Of a stretch of DNA of 64,000 nt, positions 31,158 through 40,472 are shown in pieces. The DNA lies in the NCBI GenBank assembly GCA_963850905.1, contig CAWKMU010000003.1:832001-896000 (forward strand), read 5' to 3'. The position numbers and the translations under genes were made by a program. Source of the DNA: an uncultured Gemmatimonadales bacterium (GTDB lineage Bacteria > Gemmatimonadota > Gemmatimonadetes > Gemmatimonadales > Gemmatimonadaceae). A model generated the notes under the pieces. The model was not told where the DNA came from. It did not search any database and was given only the letters and a program-made list of their open reading frames with translations. Position 1 is the stretch's first letter. Each line of letters opens with the position of its first letter.

Positions 31158-31838
31158 TCAGCCCTTGTACTCCACCCACAACCCCGGCCACTCGCTCTTG
31201 AGGTGCTCCACCTTCGGCTTGTCGTTGATAATGATGTACAGCGAGGCCGGGTGGTGCACGTAGTAATCCTGGTGATAGTCCTCGGCCGTGTAGAACGCCT
31301 TCAACGGCGAGACCTCCGTCACGATGCGAGCAGGGAACACGTTCGCTTTCGTTAGTTGGTCGACATACGCCTTGGCGATGCGTTCCTGCTCAGGCGATGA
31401 GAACCAGATCGCCGAGCGATATTGCGTGCCCACATCGGGGCCTTGCCGATTTAGTTGTGTCGGATCGTGGCCCACCGAGAAGAACACCTTCAGCAGCTGG
31501 CCATACGAGATTTGCGACGGATCGTACACGATCTGCACCGACTCAGCGTGGCCCGTCGCCCCGGTGCTGACCTCTTGATATGAGGGCGACACGGCGTCGC
31601 CGCCCGAGAATCCCGACGTCACTTTGATGACGCCCTTCACGTGTTCGAACACTGCCTGGATTCCCCAGAAGCACCCTCCGGACAGCACCGCGGTCTCCTT
31701 GCCCGCCGTGGGCGCCAACGGCGCATCGACGATGGGCTCGGGCACTCGGACCGCGGGCTCAGGGCCGCTCGTTAAGACGGTGGCCGAGGGAGTGAATGTC
31801 AATGAGGCAACAACCAGGCGTAGGATCGGAAGAAGCAT
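31158..31838 (-). CDS. msrA: Peptide-methionine (S)-S-oxide reductase, probably exported
   Basis: GGCFWG, GHAESV, HDPTQLNRQGPDVGTQYRSAI, AEDYHQDY; AGGAG RBS. Confidence 0.95.
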   Translation of the reverse strand: MLLPILRLVVASLTFTPSATVLTSGPEPAVRVPEPIVDAPLAPTAGKETAVLSGGCFWGIQAVFEHVKGVIKVTSGFSGGDAVSPSYQEVSTGATGHAESVQIVYDPSQISYGQLLKVFFSVGHDPTQLNRQGPDVGTQYRSAIWFSSPEQERIAKAYVDQLTKANVFPARIVTEVSPLKAFYTAEDYHQDYYVHHPASLYIIINDKPKVEHLKSEWPGLWVEYKG

Positions 31839-32007
31839 GGTACGCTCCTCTAAGGAGACGCTCTGTAGACGCTCTGTACGTAGCGAAAGATAGTGCGTTT
31901 GGGATCGGGGGTCCCCGGAGCAAATCGCGGCCGCTTACAATAACGTGTCTCTAACCGGGTTGCCTTTCCCGATCCCGAGTCCCGGCGTCGCCCACCTTAT
32001 CCACCCG

Positions 32008-33177
32008 ATGACCCCAAGGGTTCCAACAGCCCCATCCGCAGATCTCGTCGTCATCGGCGGCGGGGTCATGGGCATGAGCTGCGCTTACCAGGTGGCAAGG
32101 CGCGGGGTGCGGGTCACCGTCCTCGAGGCGGAAGAGATGCTCGGCACCGGGTCCACCGGACTCAACGCCGGTGGTTTCCGGCACCAGTTCTCGACGTCGG
32201 TCAACATCGAGCTGTCGAAGGTGAGCCTGGCGATGCTCGAGCGGTTCGAGGAGGAATTCGAGCAGTCGGTCGCGCTCAATTTGTGCGGCTATCTGTTCCT
32301 GATCGATGCAGCAGACGATGTCGCCGCATTCGAGCGAAACGTCGCACTGCAGCACGCGCACGGCGTCGCGACACGCTGGTTGACGCCGGATGACGTCACG
32401 CGCCTCGCGCCGCAATGCGATGTGACCGGCATCATCGCGGCGACGTTCTACGATCGCGATGGCCTGGTCGATCCGAGCGGCGTGCTCCATGGCTACGCAA
32501 GAGGAGCGAGCCGCGCAGGTGTCGCCGTGCGAACGGGCGCCCGAGTGACCGGCGCGCGCACACAGGGCGGCCGCATCGTCTCGCTCGAGACCACGATCGG
32601 CGAGGTGAGCGGTGCAGCATTCCTCCTTGCGGCCGGACCGTGGTCCGGCGTCGTGGGCCGGTGTCTCGGGCTCGACATTCCGGTGCGGGCGATCCGGCGG
32701 CAGATCGCGGTCACGGCCCCCATTGCGGGCATCACCCGTACCCTGCCCTTCCTCATCGATTTCGGCCAATCACTCTACTTTCATTACGAGAGTGGCGGCA
32801 TCCTGACCGGCATGTCGAACCACAATGAGCCCCCGGGATTCGACACCTCCGTCGACGAAGCCTGGCGCGAGACCCATGTCGCTGCAGCCATTCGCCGACT
32901 GCCACTGCTCGCGGATGCACAGATCGCGAGCGAGTGGGCGGGCCTCTACGAGGTCACCCCTGACGATCAACCCATCCTCGGTCGATTGCCTCAGCTCGAT
33001 AATCTCTACGCCTGCACGGGGTTCAGCGGCCATGGGCTGATGCACGGTCCGGCCGCGGGCCTCGTCATGGCAGAAGAGATCCTGGACGGCCGCGCCCACT
33101 CCGTCGACATCGCACCCGTGCGGTGGCGCACTTTTGGTGAGGGCGAGTACGGCGAGAGCGAATACAACGTAGTGTGA
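32008..33177 (+). CDS. FAD-dependent oxidoreductase (DAO / sarcosine oxidase beta-like)
   Basis: VIGGGVMG, GSTGLNAG, WAGLYEVTPDDQPILG, GFSGHG. Confidence 0.92.
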   Translation: MTPRVPTAPSADLVVIGGGVMGMSCAYQVARRGVRVTVLEAEEMLGTGSTGLNAGGFRHQFSTSVNIELSKVSLAMLERFEEEFEQSVALNLCGYLFLIDAADDVAAFERNVALQHAHGVATRWLTPDDVTRLAPQCDVTGIIAATFYDRDGLVDPSGVLHGYARGASRAGVAVRTGARVTGARTQGGRIVSLETTIGEVSGAAFLLAAGPWSGVVGRCLGLDIPVRAIRRQIAVTAPIAGITRTLPFLIDFGQSLYFHYESGGILTGMSNHNEPPGFDTSVDEAWRETHVAAAIRRLPLLADAQIASEWAGLYEVTPDDQPILGRLPQLDNLYACTGFSGHGLMHGPAAGLVMAEEILDGRAHSVDIAPVRWRTFGEGEYGESEYNVV

Positions 33178-33306
33178 GGGGCTAGACGTTGGACGCTAGA
33201 CGTTAGACGTTAGAGACAAACCTCGGGGCCAGTGGCAGCGTAGCTGGCTGTCCCCGAGGTTTGTTCTCCAGCGTCCAGCACGTCCAGCGTCTAGCGTCCA
33301 GCCCCC
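33178..33306. repeat. Heptamer-arm hairpin element filling the entire intergenic spacer
   Basis: ggggc-(tagacgt)n-acaaacctcgggg ... ccccgaggtttgt-(ccagcgt)n-gcccc. Confidence 0.88.
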
Positions 33307-35055
33307 ATGCCATCAAAGAAAACCGTCCCCCTCCGTGGCAGCGCGAAGCAACCGCTCCCCAATGCTCGCGTCGTGGCGCCGGCGCCGGCCGACGAACGAC
33401 TCGAGGTGACTGTGCGACTGCGTCCTCGCACGCCACTCCCGGACGCGACATCGTTGCTGCAGCCGTCCACCGATCCAGCACCCATCCTGACTCGACAGGC
33501 CTACAACGCCCGCTACGGCGCGGATCCCAAGGACATTGCCCGCGTCCGTCGCTTTGCGAGTGCGCACCATTTGACCGTCGTGCGCGCGAGTGCGCCACGA
33601 CGCAGCGTGATGCTCTCTGGCACCGTCGCCGAGTTCAACAAGGCATTCCACGTCGATCTCCACACGTACGAGTATCCCGGCGGGACGTATCGAGGTCGCG
33701 TCGGCTCGATTCGGGTGCCGAGCGACCTCGCACCTGTCGTGGAAGGGATCTTCGGCTTGGACAATCGCCCCGTTGCGAGACGGCACTTCCGCATCGCGCG
33801 ATCGACAGCGCGACAGGCCAATGGCGCGCAGCCGTTCAATCCGCCGGACGTGGCGAAGTTGTACAACTACCCCGTGGGAGTCGACGGCACGGGGCAGACC
33901 GTGGGCATCATCGAGCTTGGCGGTGGCTATCGCGCGCAGGACCTGCAGGCGTACCTGGGAGGGCTCGGGTTGAGTTCTCCGACCGTGATACCGGTCTCCG
34001 TGGACGGCGCGACCAATTCGCCGAGCGGGGATCCGGGCAGTGACGACGGCGAGGTCGGTCTCGACATCGAGGTGATCGCCGCGGTAGCGCCCGGAGCGAA
34101 GATTGTGGTGTACTTCGCGCCCAACAGTCGCACATCGAAAGGATTCCTGGATGCCATCACGAAGGCTGTACACGATGACGCGAATGACCCGTCGGTGATC
34201 TCGATCAGCTGGGGAGGGCCGGAGGCAGGTCCCGGAGATGCCTTCCAAACGCAGTTCGATCAGGTGCTACAGTCCGCGGCGATGCTGGGCGTCACCGTGT
34301 GCATCGCGGCCGGGGACAACGGCGCCGCGGACATGGGTCCGAAAGCGTGGGACGGCCTTGCGCACGTCGACTTTCCGGCCGCGAGTCCGTTCGCGTTGGC
34401 GTGCGGCGGCACGCGCCTGGTCGCCACGGCGGGGGCGATTTCCGCGGAATCGGTCTGGAACCAGCACGCGGCGGACACGTCGGCCGACGCGGGACCCGAC
34501 GGCTCGTTCGGCGCGAGCGGGGGCGGAGTGAGCGGCGCATTTCCATTGCCTGCTTATCAAAATGCAGCGCAGGTGCCTCCGTCCCTCAATCCCCAGGGCT
34601 ACAAAGGGCGCGGCGTGCCCGACGTGACAGGCAACGGTGATCCCGCATCGGGCTACAACGTTCTCGTCGATGGAACGTCGTTCGTCGTCGGCGGTACGAG
34701 CGCGGTGGCACCGTTGTGGGCCGCGTTGGTCGCACGACTCAACCAGAAGCTTGGTGGACGCGTGGGGTTTCTCAACCCGCAGATCTACGCGGTCCCCATG
34801 GCGACAGGCGCATTGCACGACGTGACGGTCGGAGACAACCGTGTGAGCTACCAGACGCACAAGAACGTGGGATACAGCGCGGGCGCTGGTTGGGATGCCT
34901 GCAGTGGCCTCGGATCGCCCAATGGCGCCGTACTCGCGGCGCAGCTCACGGTGAGCAAGCCGGCGCGCGCAGCGTCGCCGAAGGCGGCTCGTCGCGCCCG
35001 GACCCCGGCCCGCGCGCGCAAACGCACACGCCCGAAGCGAGTGGTGCGCCGATGA
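33307..35055 (+). CDS. S53 (sedolisin/kumamolisin-like) peptidase with propeptide
   Basis: EVGLDIE, ISISWG, AAGDNG, RGVPDV, GGTSAVAP, GWDACSGLGSP. Confidence 0.95.
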   Translation: MPSKKTVPLRGSAKQPLPNARVVAPAPADERLEVTVRLRPRTPLPDATSLLQPSTDPAPILTRQAYNARYGADPKDIARVRRFASAHHLTVVRASAPRRSVMLSGTVAEFNKAFHVDLHTYEYPGGTYRGRVGSIRVPSDLAPVVEGIFGLDNRPVARRHFRIARSTARQANGAQPFNPPDVAKLYNYPVGVDGTGQTVGIIELGGGYRAQDLQAYLGGLGLSSPTVIPVSVDGATNSPSGDPGSDDGEVGLDIEVIAAVAPGAKIVVYFAPNSRTSKGFLDAITKAVHDDANDPSVISISWGGPEAGPGDAFQTQFDQVLQSAAMLGVTVCIAAGDNGAADMGPKAWDGLAHVDFPAASPFALACGGTRLVATAGAISAESVWNQHAADTSADAGPDGSFGASGGGVSGAFPLPAYQNAAQVPPSLNPQGYKGRGVPDVTGNGDPASGYNVLVDGTSFVVGGTSAVAPLWAALVARLNQKLGGRVGFLNPQIYAVPMATGALHDVTVGDNRVSYQTHKNVGYSAGAGWDACSGLGSPNGAVLAAQLTVSKPARAASPKAARRARTPARARKRTRPKRVVRR

Positions 35056-36233
35056 CTCGTTGGCTGTACCGCCTCACGACGATGACATTTGCCGCGGTCG
35101 CAGTCGCGGCGGCATCGACTGCGTGTTCTCACACATCGACCACCGAACCGGCCACGGGAGGAGGAGGATCCGGCTCGCACCCTCACTTGGTCGACACGTT
35201 CGCGTTCAACGTCGCCAGCGCCGACACGCCGTGGACGATCGGCATCGGAGACATCGCGACGTATCTGATCGGCGCGTCGCATGTCAGTGCGCGCGGCCGA
35301 CTGGCGGCCTATCCACCGTCGGGGGTTCGACCGCGCCTGTTGCTGGACACGATCACCGTGAATGATACGATCTCAGGCCCACCCTTTGGTACGAACTTGC
35401 AGAGGCCCAGCTCTCTGGCGTTCGATGGGAACGGCAACCTGTGGATGTCGGTCGGCGGCCGCCACGACTCTGGAAGCGTCATCGAGTACGTCCGCTCGCA
35501 AATCAACCAGAACGGCCGACAGACGCCAATGGTCACGCTGTCTGGCGCACACGCACCGCGGGGCCTCGCGTTCGATGCGAAGGGCTCTCTCCTGGTGGTC
35601 GACAGCTCGGCAGCCGCGTTGCTCGAGTACACGGGCATTGAGCTGACGACCAGCGGCCCCCCGGCTGATACCATCTCACTGAGCGGCATCACCGCTGCCG
35701 GCGCGACGTGGTCTCCCGTGGGCCTCGCAGTCGATCAACAGGGCAACGTGTGGGTGTCGGCTGTTCCGCGCACCCTTCCTGGTGGCCCCGCCGCCGACAG
35801 CGTGCCCGCGTACGTCGTCGCGAAGTTTACGACCATAGCGCTACAGGGTGGTGGCACGCCGGCGCCAGCACTGACGTTGGTTCAGACTGGGTCGAATCCC
35901 GCCGGATATGGGCCGGGTATGGCGTTCGATTCAGCAGGAGATCTCTGGACCGCGAACGCCGCTGCCACCAGCGTGACGGAGTTCACCGCGGCATCGCTCA
36001 CAGCCGGCGCAAACCCTGGTCCCTCGGTCACCATTACCGGGGCAACGCTGGCCGGCATAGCCGACATTGCCATCGATCCGGGCGACGTCCTCTACGTCGG
36101 CGGGAACGCGTTTGGCACTCCCGGCGAGGGGATGTTTGCGTATCGCCTCTCCCAGCTCACCGTCAGTGGCTCGCCAACTCCCGTGCTGAACTTCACGCCG
36201 CCGAATGGCTTGAATCATTTTGCGATAAGATAG
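35052..36233 (+). CDS. NHL-like repeat beta-propeller lipoprotein (paralogue B)
   Basis: ASTAC-SHTSTTEP signal; LAFDGNGNLW-type repeats; ATGA overlap with the S53 gene. Confidence 0.78.
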   Translation: MTRWLYRLTTMTFAAVAVAAASTACSHTSTTEPATGGGGSGSHPHLVDTFAFNVASADTPWTIGIGDIATYLIGASHVSARGRLAAYPPSGVRPRLLLDTITVNDTISGPPFGTNLQRPSSLAFDGNGNLWMSVGGRHDSGSVIEYVRSQINQNGRQTPMVTLSGAHAPRGLAFDAKGSLLVVDSSAAALLEYTGIELTTSGPPADTISLSGITAAGATWSPVGLAVDQQGNVWVSAVPRTLPGGPAADSVPAYVVAKFTTIALQGGGTPAPALTLVQTGSNPAGYGPGMAFDSAGDLWTANAAATSVTEFTAASLTAGANPGPSVTITGATLAGIADIAIDPGDVLYVGGNAFGTPGEGMFAYRLSQLTVSGSPTPVLNFTPPNGLNHFAIR

Positions 36234-36343
36234 ACGCTGGACGCTGGATGCTGGAAAGAAACCTCGGGGCCAGTAGCAGTGCACATCGCCGGCCCCGAGG
36301 TTTGTCTTCTAGCGTCCAGCGTCTAGCGTCTAGCGTCTAACGC
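36231..36343. repeat. Heptamer-arm hairpin element (sister of 33178-33306)
   Basis: (tagacgc)n-aaacctcggggcc..gtgcac..ggccccgaggttt-(ctagcgt)n. Confidence 0.88.
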
Positions 36344-36378
36344 ACTAGGTTCACGTCTCCTCTATCCAGGACCCGTGG

Positions 36379-36870
36379 ATGCCATACCGTTCGCTCGCTC
36401 GTCGTGTCGCCATCACCCTAGCCGTTGTCGCAACCGCCGGCCCTCTCTCGGCCCAGACCACTGCACCGGCGAAGTTGATGGGCAGTTGGGTCATGGATAC
36501 GACGAACGGATCGGATGATCACGGCCTGCCCAAGAGCGAGAGCCTGGTGTTCTCACCTCAGCCGAACGGCTTCCATCTCGTCGCGACCTCGGACGATGGA
36601 AAAGGACCGGGCACGTCGACCTTCGATTGCGCACCCGGCGGGGCGTCGACGACACTCAGCCCGACGACGGTCATGTTGTGCACCATTCACCTGATGGCGG
36701 ACAGCGTCCTGTACACCGTGGACGTCCTGAACAACGGGCAGACCGTCTCGACGGAGCGCGGCCGACTCGTGGTCTCGCCGTCAGGCCAATCGCTGCGCGA
36801 CCAGTACGACGCAACCTCCGGATCCGCGAAGGCGACGCACCACCGGCATGTATATGTGAAGCAGCCGTAA
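36379..36870 (+). CDS. Secreted hypothetical beta-rich protein
   Basis: Signal peptide ending LSA-Q; LMGSWVMD lipocalin-like GxW start. Confidence 0.7.
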   Translation: MPYRSLARRVAITLAVVATAGPLSAQTTAPAKLMGSWVMDTTNGSDDHGLPKSESLVFSPQPNGFHLVATSDDGKGPGTSTFDCAPGGASTTLSPTTVMLCTIHLMADSVLYTVDVLNNGQTVSTERGRLVVSPSGQSLRDQYDATSGSAKATHHRHVYVKQP

Positions 36871-36873
36871 GCC

Positions 36874-38265
36874 TTACCGCCGAATCCGCATCACCCGCCT
36901 GCCAGTCGGCGCCACGAATGGCTTCACCCGTTCCCACTGGGGACCGACGAGTGGCACGCCGTCCGGTGGGGGATTGAACACCAGGCTGACCGGGTTGCTG
37001 GCGACCGAGATCGTGAAGCTGGGCTGACTCGCGCCGCCCACGGTGATCTGCGCCGCAGAGTACTCGATGACACTGGAGCTCGCCGACCCGAAGGCCCAGA
37101 GATCGCCGCTGTTGTCGAACGCGAACCCCGCCGGGGCGCCGACGCCAGCGGGGACGGTGAGAATCTCGGCCGGTGTCGGGCTACCGCTCGCGGTCTGCTG
37201 GGCATTGCCGAATTTGACGAATGAGTTGCCCGTCGAGTTGGCGACCCAGAGGTTGCCTTGCTCATCGAAGATGATCGCTCGCGGGCCGGCGATCGAGCCG
37301 TTCGTCGCCGTGAGCGTGACCGCAGGCGTGGGACTCCCGCTCGCGCCGAGCTGGCTCGGCGAAAACTCGGCGACCGTGTTCAACGCGGTATTCGGTACCC
37401 AGAGGTTCCCGTAAACATCGAAGGTGATGCGCCCGGGATTGCCGATGGCCGCACCACTCAGCGTCACAGCCGGCGTTACCGCGCCGCTGGCGGTGAGCTG
37501 ACTCGCTACGAACTCCGTGATCGTGTTGCTGTTGGCGTTGGAGATCCAGAGATCGCCGTTCCGGTCGAACACCATGCCAACGGGTCCGTTGAGCGCGGTG
37601 CTCGTGATGGCGACTACTGCTGACGGGGTCCCACTCGCCGCGAGCGAAGTCGGGGTGTATTCCGTCAGCGTGGTCGATGTCGAGTCGGCAACCCAGAGAT
37701 TGCTATTGATATCGAGCACTTGATACGGCCCCGTGATCGACAGCGTCGTGCTCGCTGCAGCGGCCGTGGTCAGCTCGGTGCTCGTGTAGCCGGCAGAGAT
37801 CGCCGAACCGCCGTTGGTACTGCCAATCCACGCGCGGCCGGTCCCGGCGACCCGCGCGAACGTCGCGCCCATCCGCGCCGTATCGGCATCGTTCAGGGTG
37901 ACCGGCGTCCCACTCACCGTTCCAACGTAAAACGGCGTCACAATGGGGTCGGTCGCGGTCGCTATCGGGTCCGACAGCGTATACGTCCCAGTGCCCAGGA
38001 GGGTGAGTGTATCGATTCCGCTCGCGTTGATCGGAACGAACACGGCATAGCCACTGCCGGGCGGACCGCCGACGACCGCACTCGCGGTGGTGCCCGGCGG
38101 TACAACGACCGTCGTGATGAGTGTACCCGTTGTGGCGGCGGTAGGCGCCGTGGAGCTGTGACAGGCCACCCCCATCGCGGCAACGCCGAGGAGCGGCAGC
38201 CAGAAACAATGAAAGGACGGGAGTGAATCGCGGCGCCGAGCGCCCACCAATGCGAAGTGAACCAT
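36874..38265 (-). CDS. NHL-like repeat beta-propeller lipoprotein (paralogue C)
   Basis: GVAC-HSSTAP lipobox; same architecture and repeats as 9761-11104. Confidence 0.82.
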   Translation of the reverse strand: MVHFALVGARRRDSLPSFHCFWLPLLGVAAMGVACHSSTAPTAATTGTLITTVVVPPGTTASAVVGGPPGSGYAVFVPINASGIDTLTLLGTGTYTLSDPIATATDPIVTPFYVGTVSGTPVTLNDADTARMGATFARVAGTGRAWIGSTNGGSAISAGYTSTELTTAAAASTTLSITGPYQVLDINSNLWVADSTSTTLTEYTPTSLAASGTPSAVVAITSTALNGPVGMVFDRNGDLWISNANSNTITEFVASQLTASGAVTPAVTLSGAAIGNPGRITFDVYGNLWVPNTALNTVAEFSPSQLGASGSPTPAVTLTATNGSIAGPRAIIFDEQGNLWVANSTGNSFVKFGNAQQTASGSPTPAEILTVPAGVGAPAGFAFDNSGDLWAFGSASSSVIEYSAAQITVGGASQPSFTISVASNPVSLVFNPPPDGVPLVGPQWERVKPFVAPTGRRVMRIRR

Positions 38266-38330
38266 ACGTAGGCGGAAAAGTTACACGGGGTTACACGCCT
38301 GCTGTAGTCGCAAAGATCGGGTTCCTCGTT

Positions 38331-38428
38331 CTGGGTTGTTGGGTCTGGGGACTCAGAGAATCTGGAGGGCTGATCACAGTACGCCGTGACCAGCCCTCGC
38401 AGTTTGTTCCGGACCCCTGACCCCTGCG
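38331..38428. repeat. Heptamer-arm hairpin element; further C-rich heptamers at about 38532-38561
   Basis: Core gagggctgatcac-agtacgcc-gtgaccagccctc (38365-38398); arms gggtctgggg / acccctg x2. Confidence 0.75.
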
Positions 38429-38575
38429 GTTTACCCTACATCCGCCCCAAATCCGTCTGGTGCGACCAAAACACGCAGGACAGGCTGGTCAACGGTGCGC
38501 AGCGATTGCCCTTCGAGTGCTGTTGTAGGCGCCTAAACCCCGAGACCCCTAACCCCAGACCAGCAGGTTTCAGCG

Positions 38576-39517
38576 TCACCGCCCAATCACGGCCCCGATC
38601 TCCTGCAACACCCTCTGATCCAGCAGCACGTCATGCGGTGCGCCTGGGATCTCGACCAGATCCACGTGGGCGTCGCCGGCGGCCCGGAGACGTTGCACGT
38701 ACTCGCGGCTGAGTTGGGGCGGCGTGGTGTTGTCGGCCGAGCCCACGACGACGCGGACGACGGTATGAGAATCGACTCGGTCGGTGAGGTCGATCGGCGA
38801 GAGGCTCTCCACGGGGACGCGCCAGATGGGGTCGTGCTGGACGGAGTCCATGTGACGCCGCCATGCGGGCACGTCACAGGGACACGACACGAGGATCGCT
38901 CCACCAGTGACAAGCTTGGGATGTCGGCCAATGATGTCCGCGACGATCGCGGCGCCACCCGAGTGGCCGACAAGAAACACGCGGCCGGGGAGGTACGTGT
39001 CGGCCAGCGCCCCGATCGCCGCGGCGATCGCGTCGACGTCGTGCGCGGTGTAGTTGTCACCGATCGCGCGCCCGCGAATCCCGCTGGACCGGTGGCCGTC
39101 GCGGTCCGTATAGCCCGGCCGAAGCAAGCCAATGGCGATGACGTTCTCGATATCGCCCGTAATGCGCCGCGCGACCGCGTACTGATACTCCGGCCGCTCG
39201 AACGGCGAGTCGCCGTGCAGCACGACGACGAGATCTGGATTAGCCGTGAGGGACGCGCTCCGGTATTCCTCGAAGTGTAGGCACTCGGCGCCGCCACGGA
39301 CCCACTCTTCCTCCACCGTGCTCTGACAGGCCCTCGAGTCGCTCGAAGAACGACGTCGCCCGCCCACTATCCACCAGAGCCCGGCGACGAGCACGAGGAT
39401 CAGGAGTCCGCCGCCGACGCGCTGCGTGATCCGCATCCAGCGGGGTGTTGGCCGCGGCGCGTCCCCGTCGCCTGTCGGCCCGCGCGGCCGTTCCCGCTGC
39501 CTGCCTGCACTACCCAT
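38576..39517 (-). CDS. Membrane-anchored alpha/beta hydrolase
   Basis: N-terminal TM helix; VVLHGD, GHSGG nucleophile elbow, D and H near the C-terminus. Confidence 0.85.
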   Translation of the reverse strand: MGSAGRQRERPRGPTGDGDAPRPTPRWMRITQRVGGGLLILVLVAGLWWIVGGRRRSSSDSRACQSTVEEEWVRGGAECLHFEEYRSASLTANPDLVVVLHGDSPFERPEYQYAVARRITGDIENVIAIGLLRPGYTDRDGHRSSGIRGRAIGDNYTAHDVDAIAAAIGALADTYLPGRVFLVGHSGGAAIVADIIGRHPKLVTGGAILVSCPCDVPAWRRHMDSVQHDPIWRVPVESLSPIDLTDRVDSHTVVRVVVGSADNTTPPQLSREYVQRLRAAGDAHVDLVEIPGAPHDVLLDQRVLQEIGAVIGR

Positions 39518-39656
39518 GACGCAGAATGCTTCGAGGTTCGAGTGTCGGTGGGTGGTCGGTTCGATTGCGGAGAAGAGGAGCGCATCCAATGTCCAAATGA
39601 ACTGCGTGAGCGATGAAAGTCGAGGCCCCGGTAGTCGACTGTCGCCTTACGGCACC

Positions 39657-40463
39657 GTGGTTTTCCCTTCATATTCGCCGCCTCTTCGACCCCACCAGAC
39701 CCTGTCCTCTCCGACACCGCTCCGAGACTTCGACGGACGCGTCGCTATCGTGACGGGCGCGGCGCGAGGCCTCGGCCGTGCCGCCGCTCAGCGACTCTAC
39801 GAGCGCGGCGCGGCCGTTGGTGTGCACGTCCGGGATCAGGCGCGCGCCGCAGCGGTATCGACGGCGCTCGGCGAGCGAGCGATCCCGCTTCCGGGCGATC
39901 TGGCCGAGGCGGGCGTCATCGACGGACTCGTTGCCCGCACCTTGGAGCGCTTCGGCAGGATCGACATCCTGGTGAATAACGCAGCCGTGGCGCTGCCAAC
40001 GCGCTTCGCGCAGCTGTCCGCGGACGAGTGGCGGCGCGCGCTCGAGGTGAACCTCACCGCGCCGTTCTTGCTGATCAAAGCGGTGCTGCCGGCGATGCAG
40101 GCACAGGGGTTTGGCCGCATCATCAACATCTCGTCCACCGCCGGACGCATGGTCAGCACGCTGGGGGGCGCGCATTACACGGCATCGAAAACCGGCCTCC
40201 TCGGCCTGACCAGAGCGGCGGCCAAGGAGCTGGGCAAATTCGGCATCACCGTCAACGCGGTCTGTCCCGGTATGATCGATACCGAGCTGACGCGCGAGAC
40301 GGCCACGCCGGAGCAGCTCAACCGCTTGGCCGCCGCGTATCCAGTCCCTCGGCTGGGCACCGCACGGGAAGTCGCCGATCTGATTTGCTTCGCCGCCTCG
40401 GATGCCGCCGGCTACATCACCGGCGCCGCGTTCGACATCAATGGCGGCGACCTCATGATGTAG
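39657..40463 (+). CDS. SDR family oxidoreductase; start uncertain
   Basis: TGAARGLG, NNA, YTASK, NAVCPG. Confidence 0.92.
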   Translation: MVFPSYSPPLRPHQTLSSPTPLRDFDGRVAIVTGAARGLGRAAAQRLYERGAAVGVHVRDQARAAAVSTALGERAIPLPGDLAEAGVIDGLVARTLERFGRIDILVNNAAVALPTRFAQLSADEWRRALEVNLTAPFLLIKAVLPAMQAQGFGRIINISSTAGRMVSTLGGAHYTASKTGLLGLTRAAAKELGKFGITVNAVCPGMIDTELTRETATPEQLNRLAAAYPVPRLGTAREVADLICFAASDAAGYITGAAFDINGGDLMM

Positions 40464-40472
40464 GATGGATCA

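Noticed and set aside
7901..36343. Integron attC sites (heptamers contain GTTAGAC / GTCTAAC)
   Set aside because: The order is GTTRRRY first and RYYYAAC last, the reverse of attC. Genes lie in both orientations and there is no integrase.
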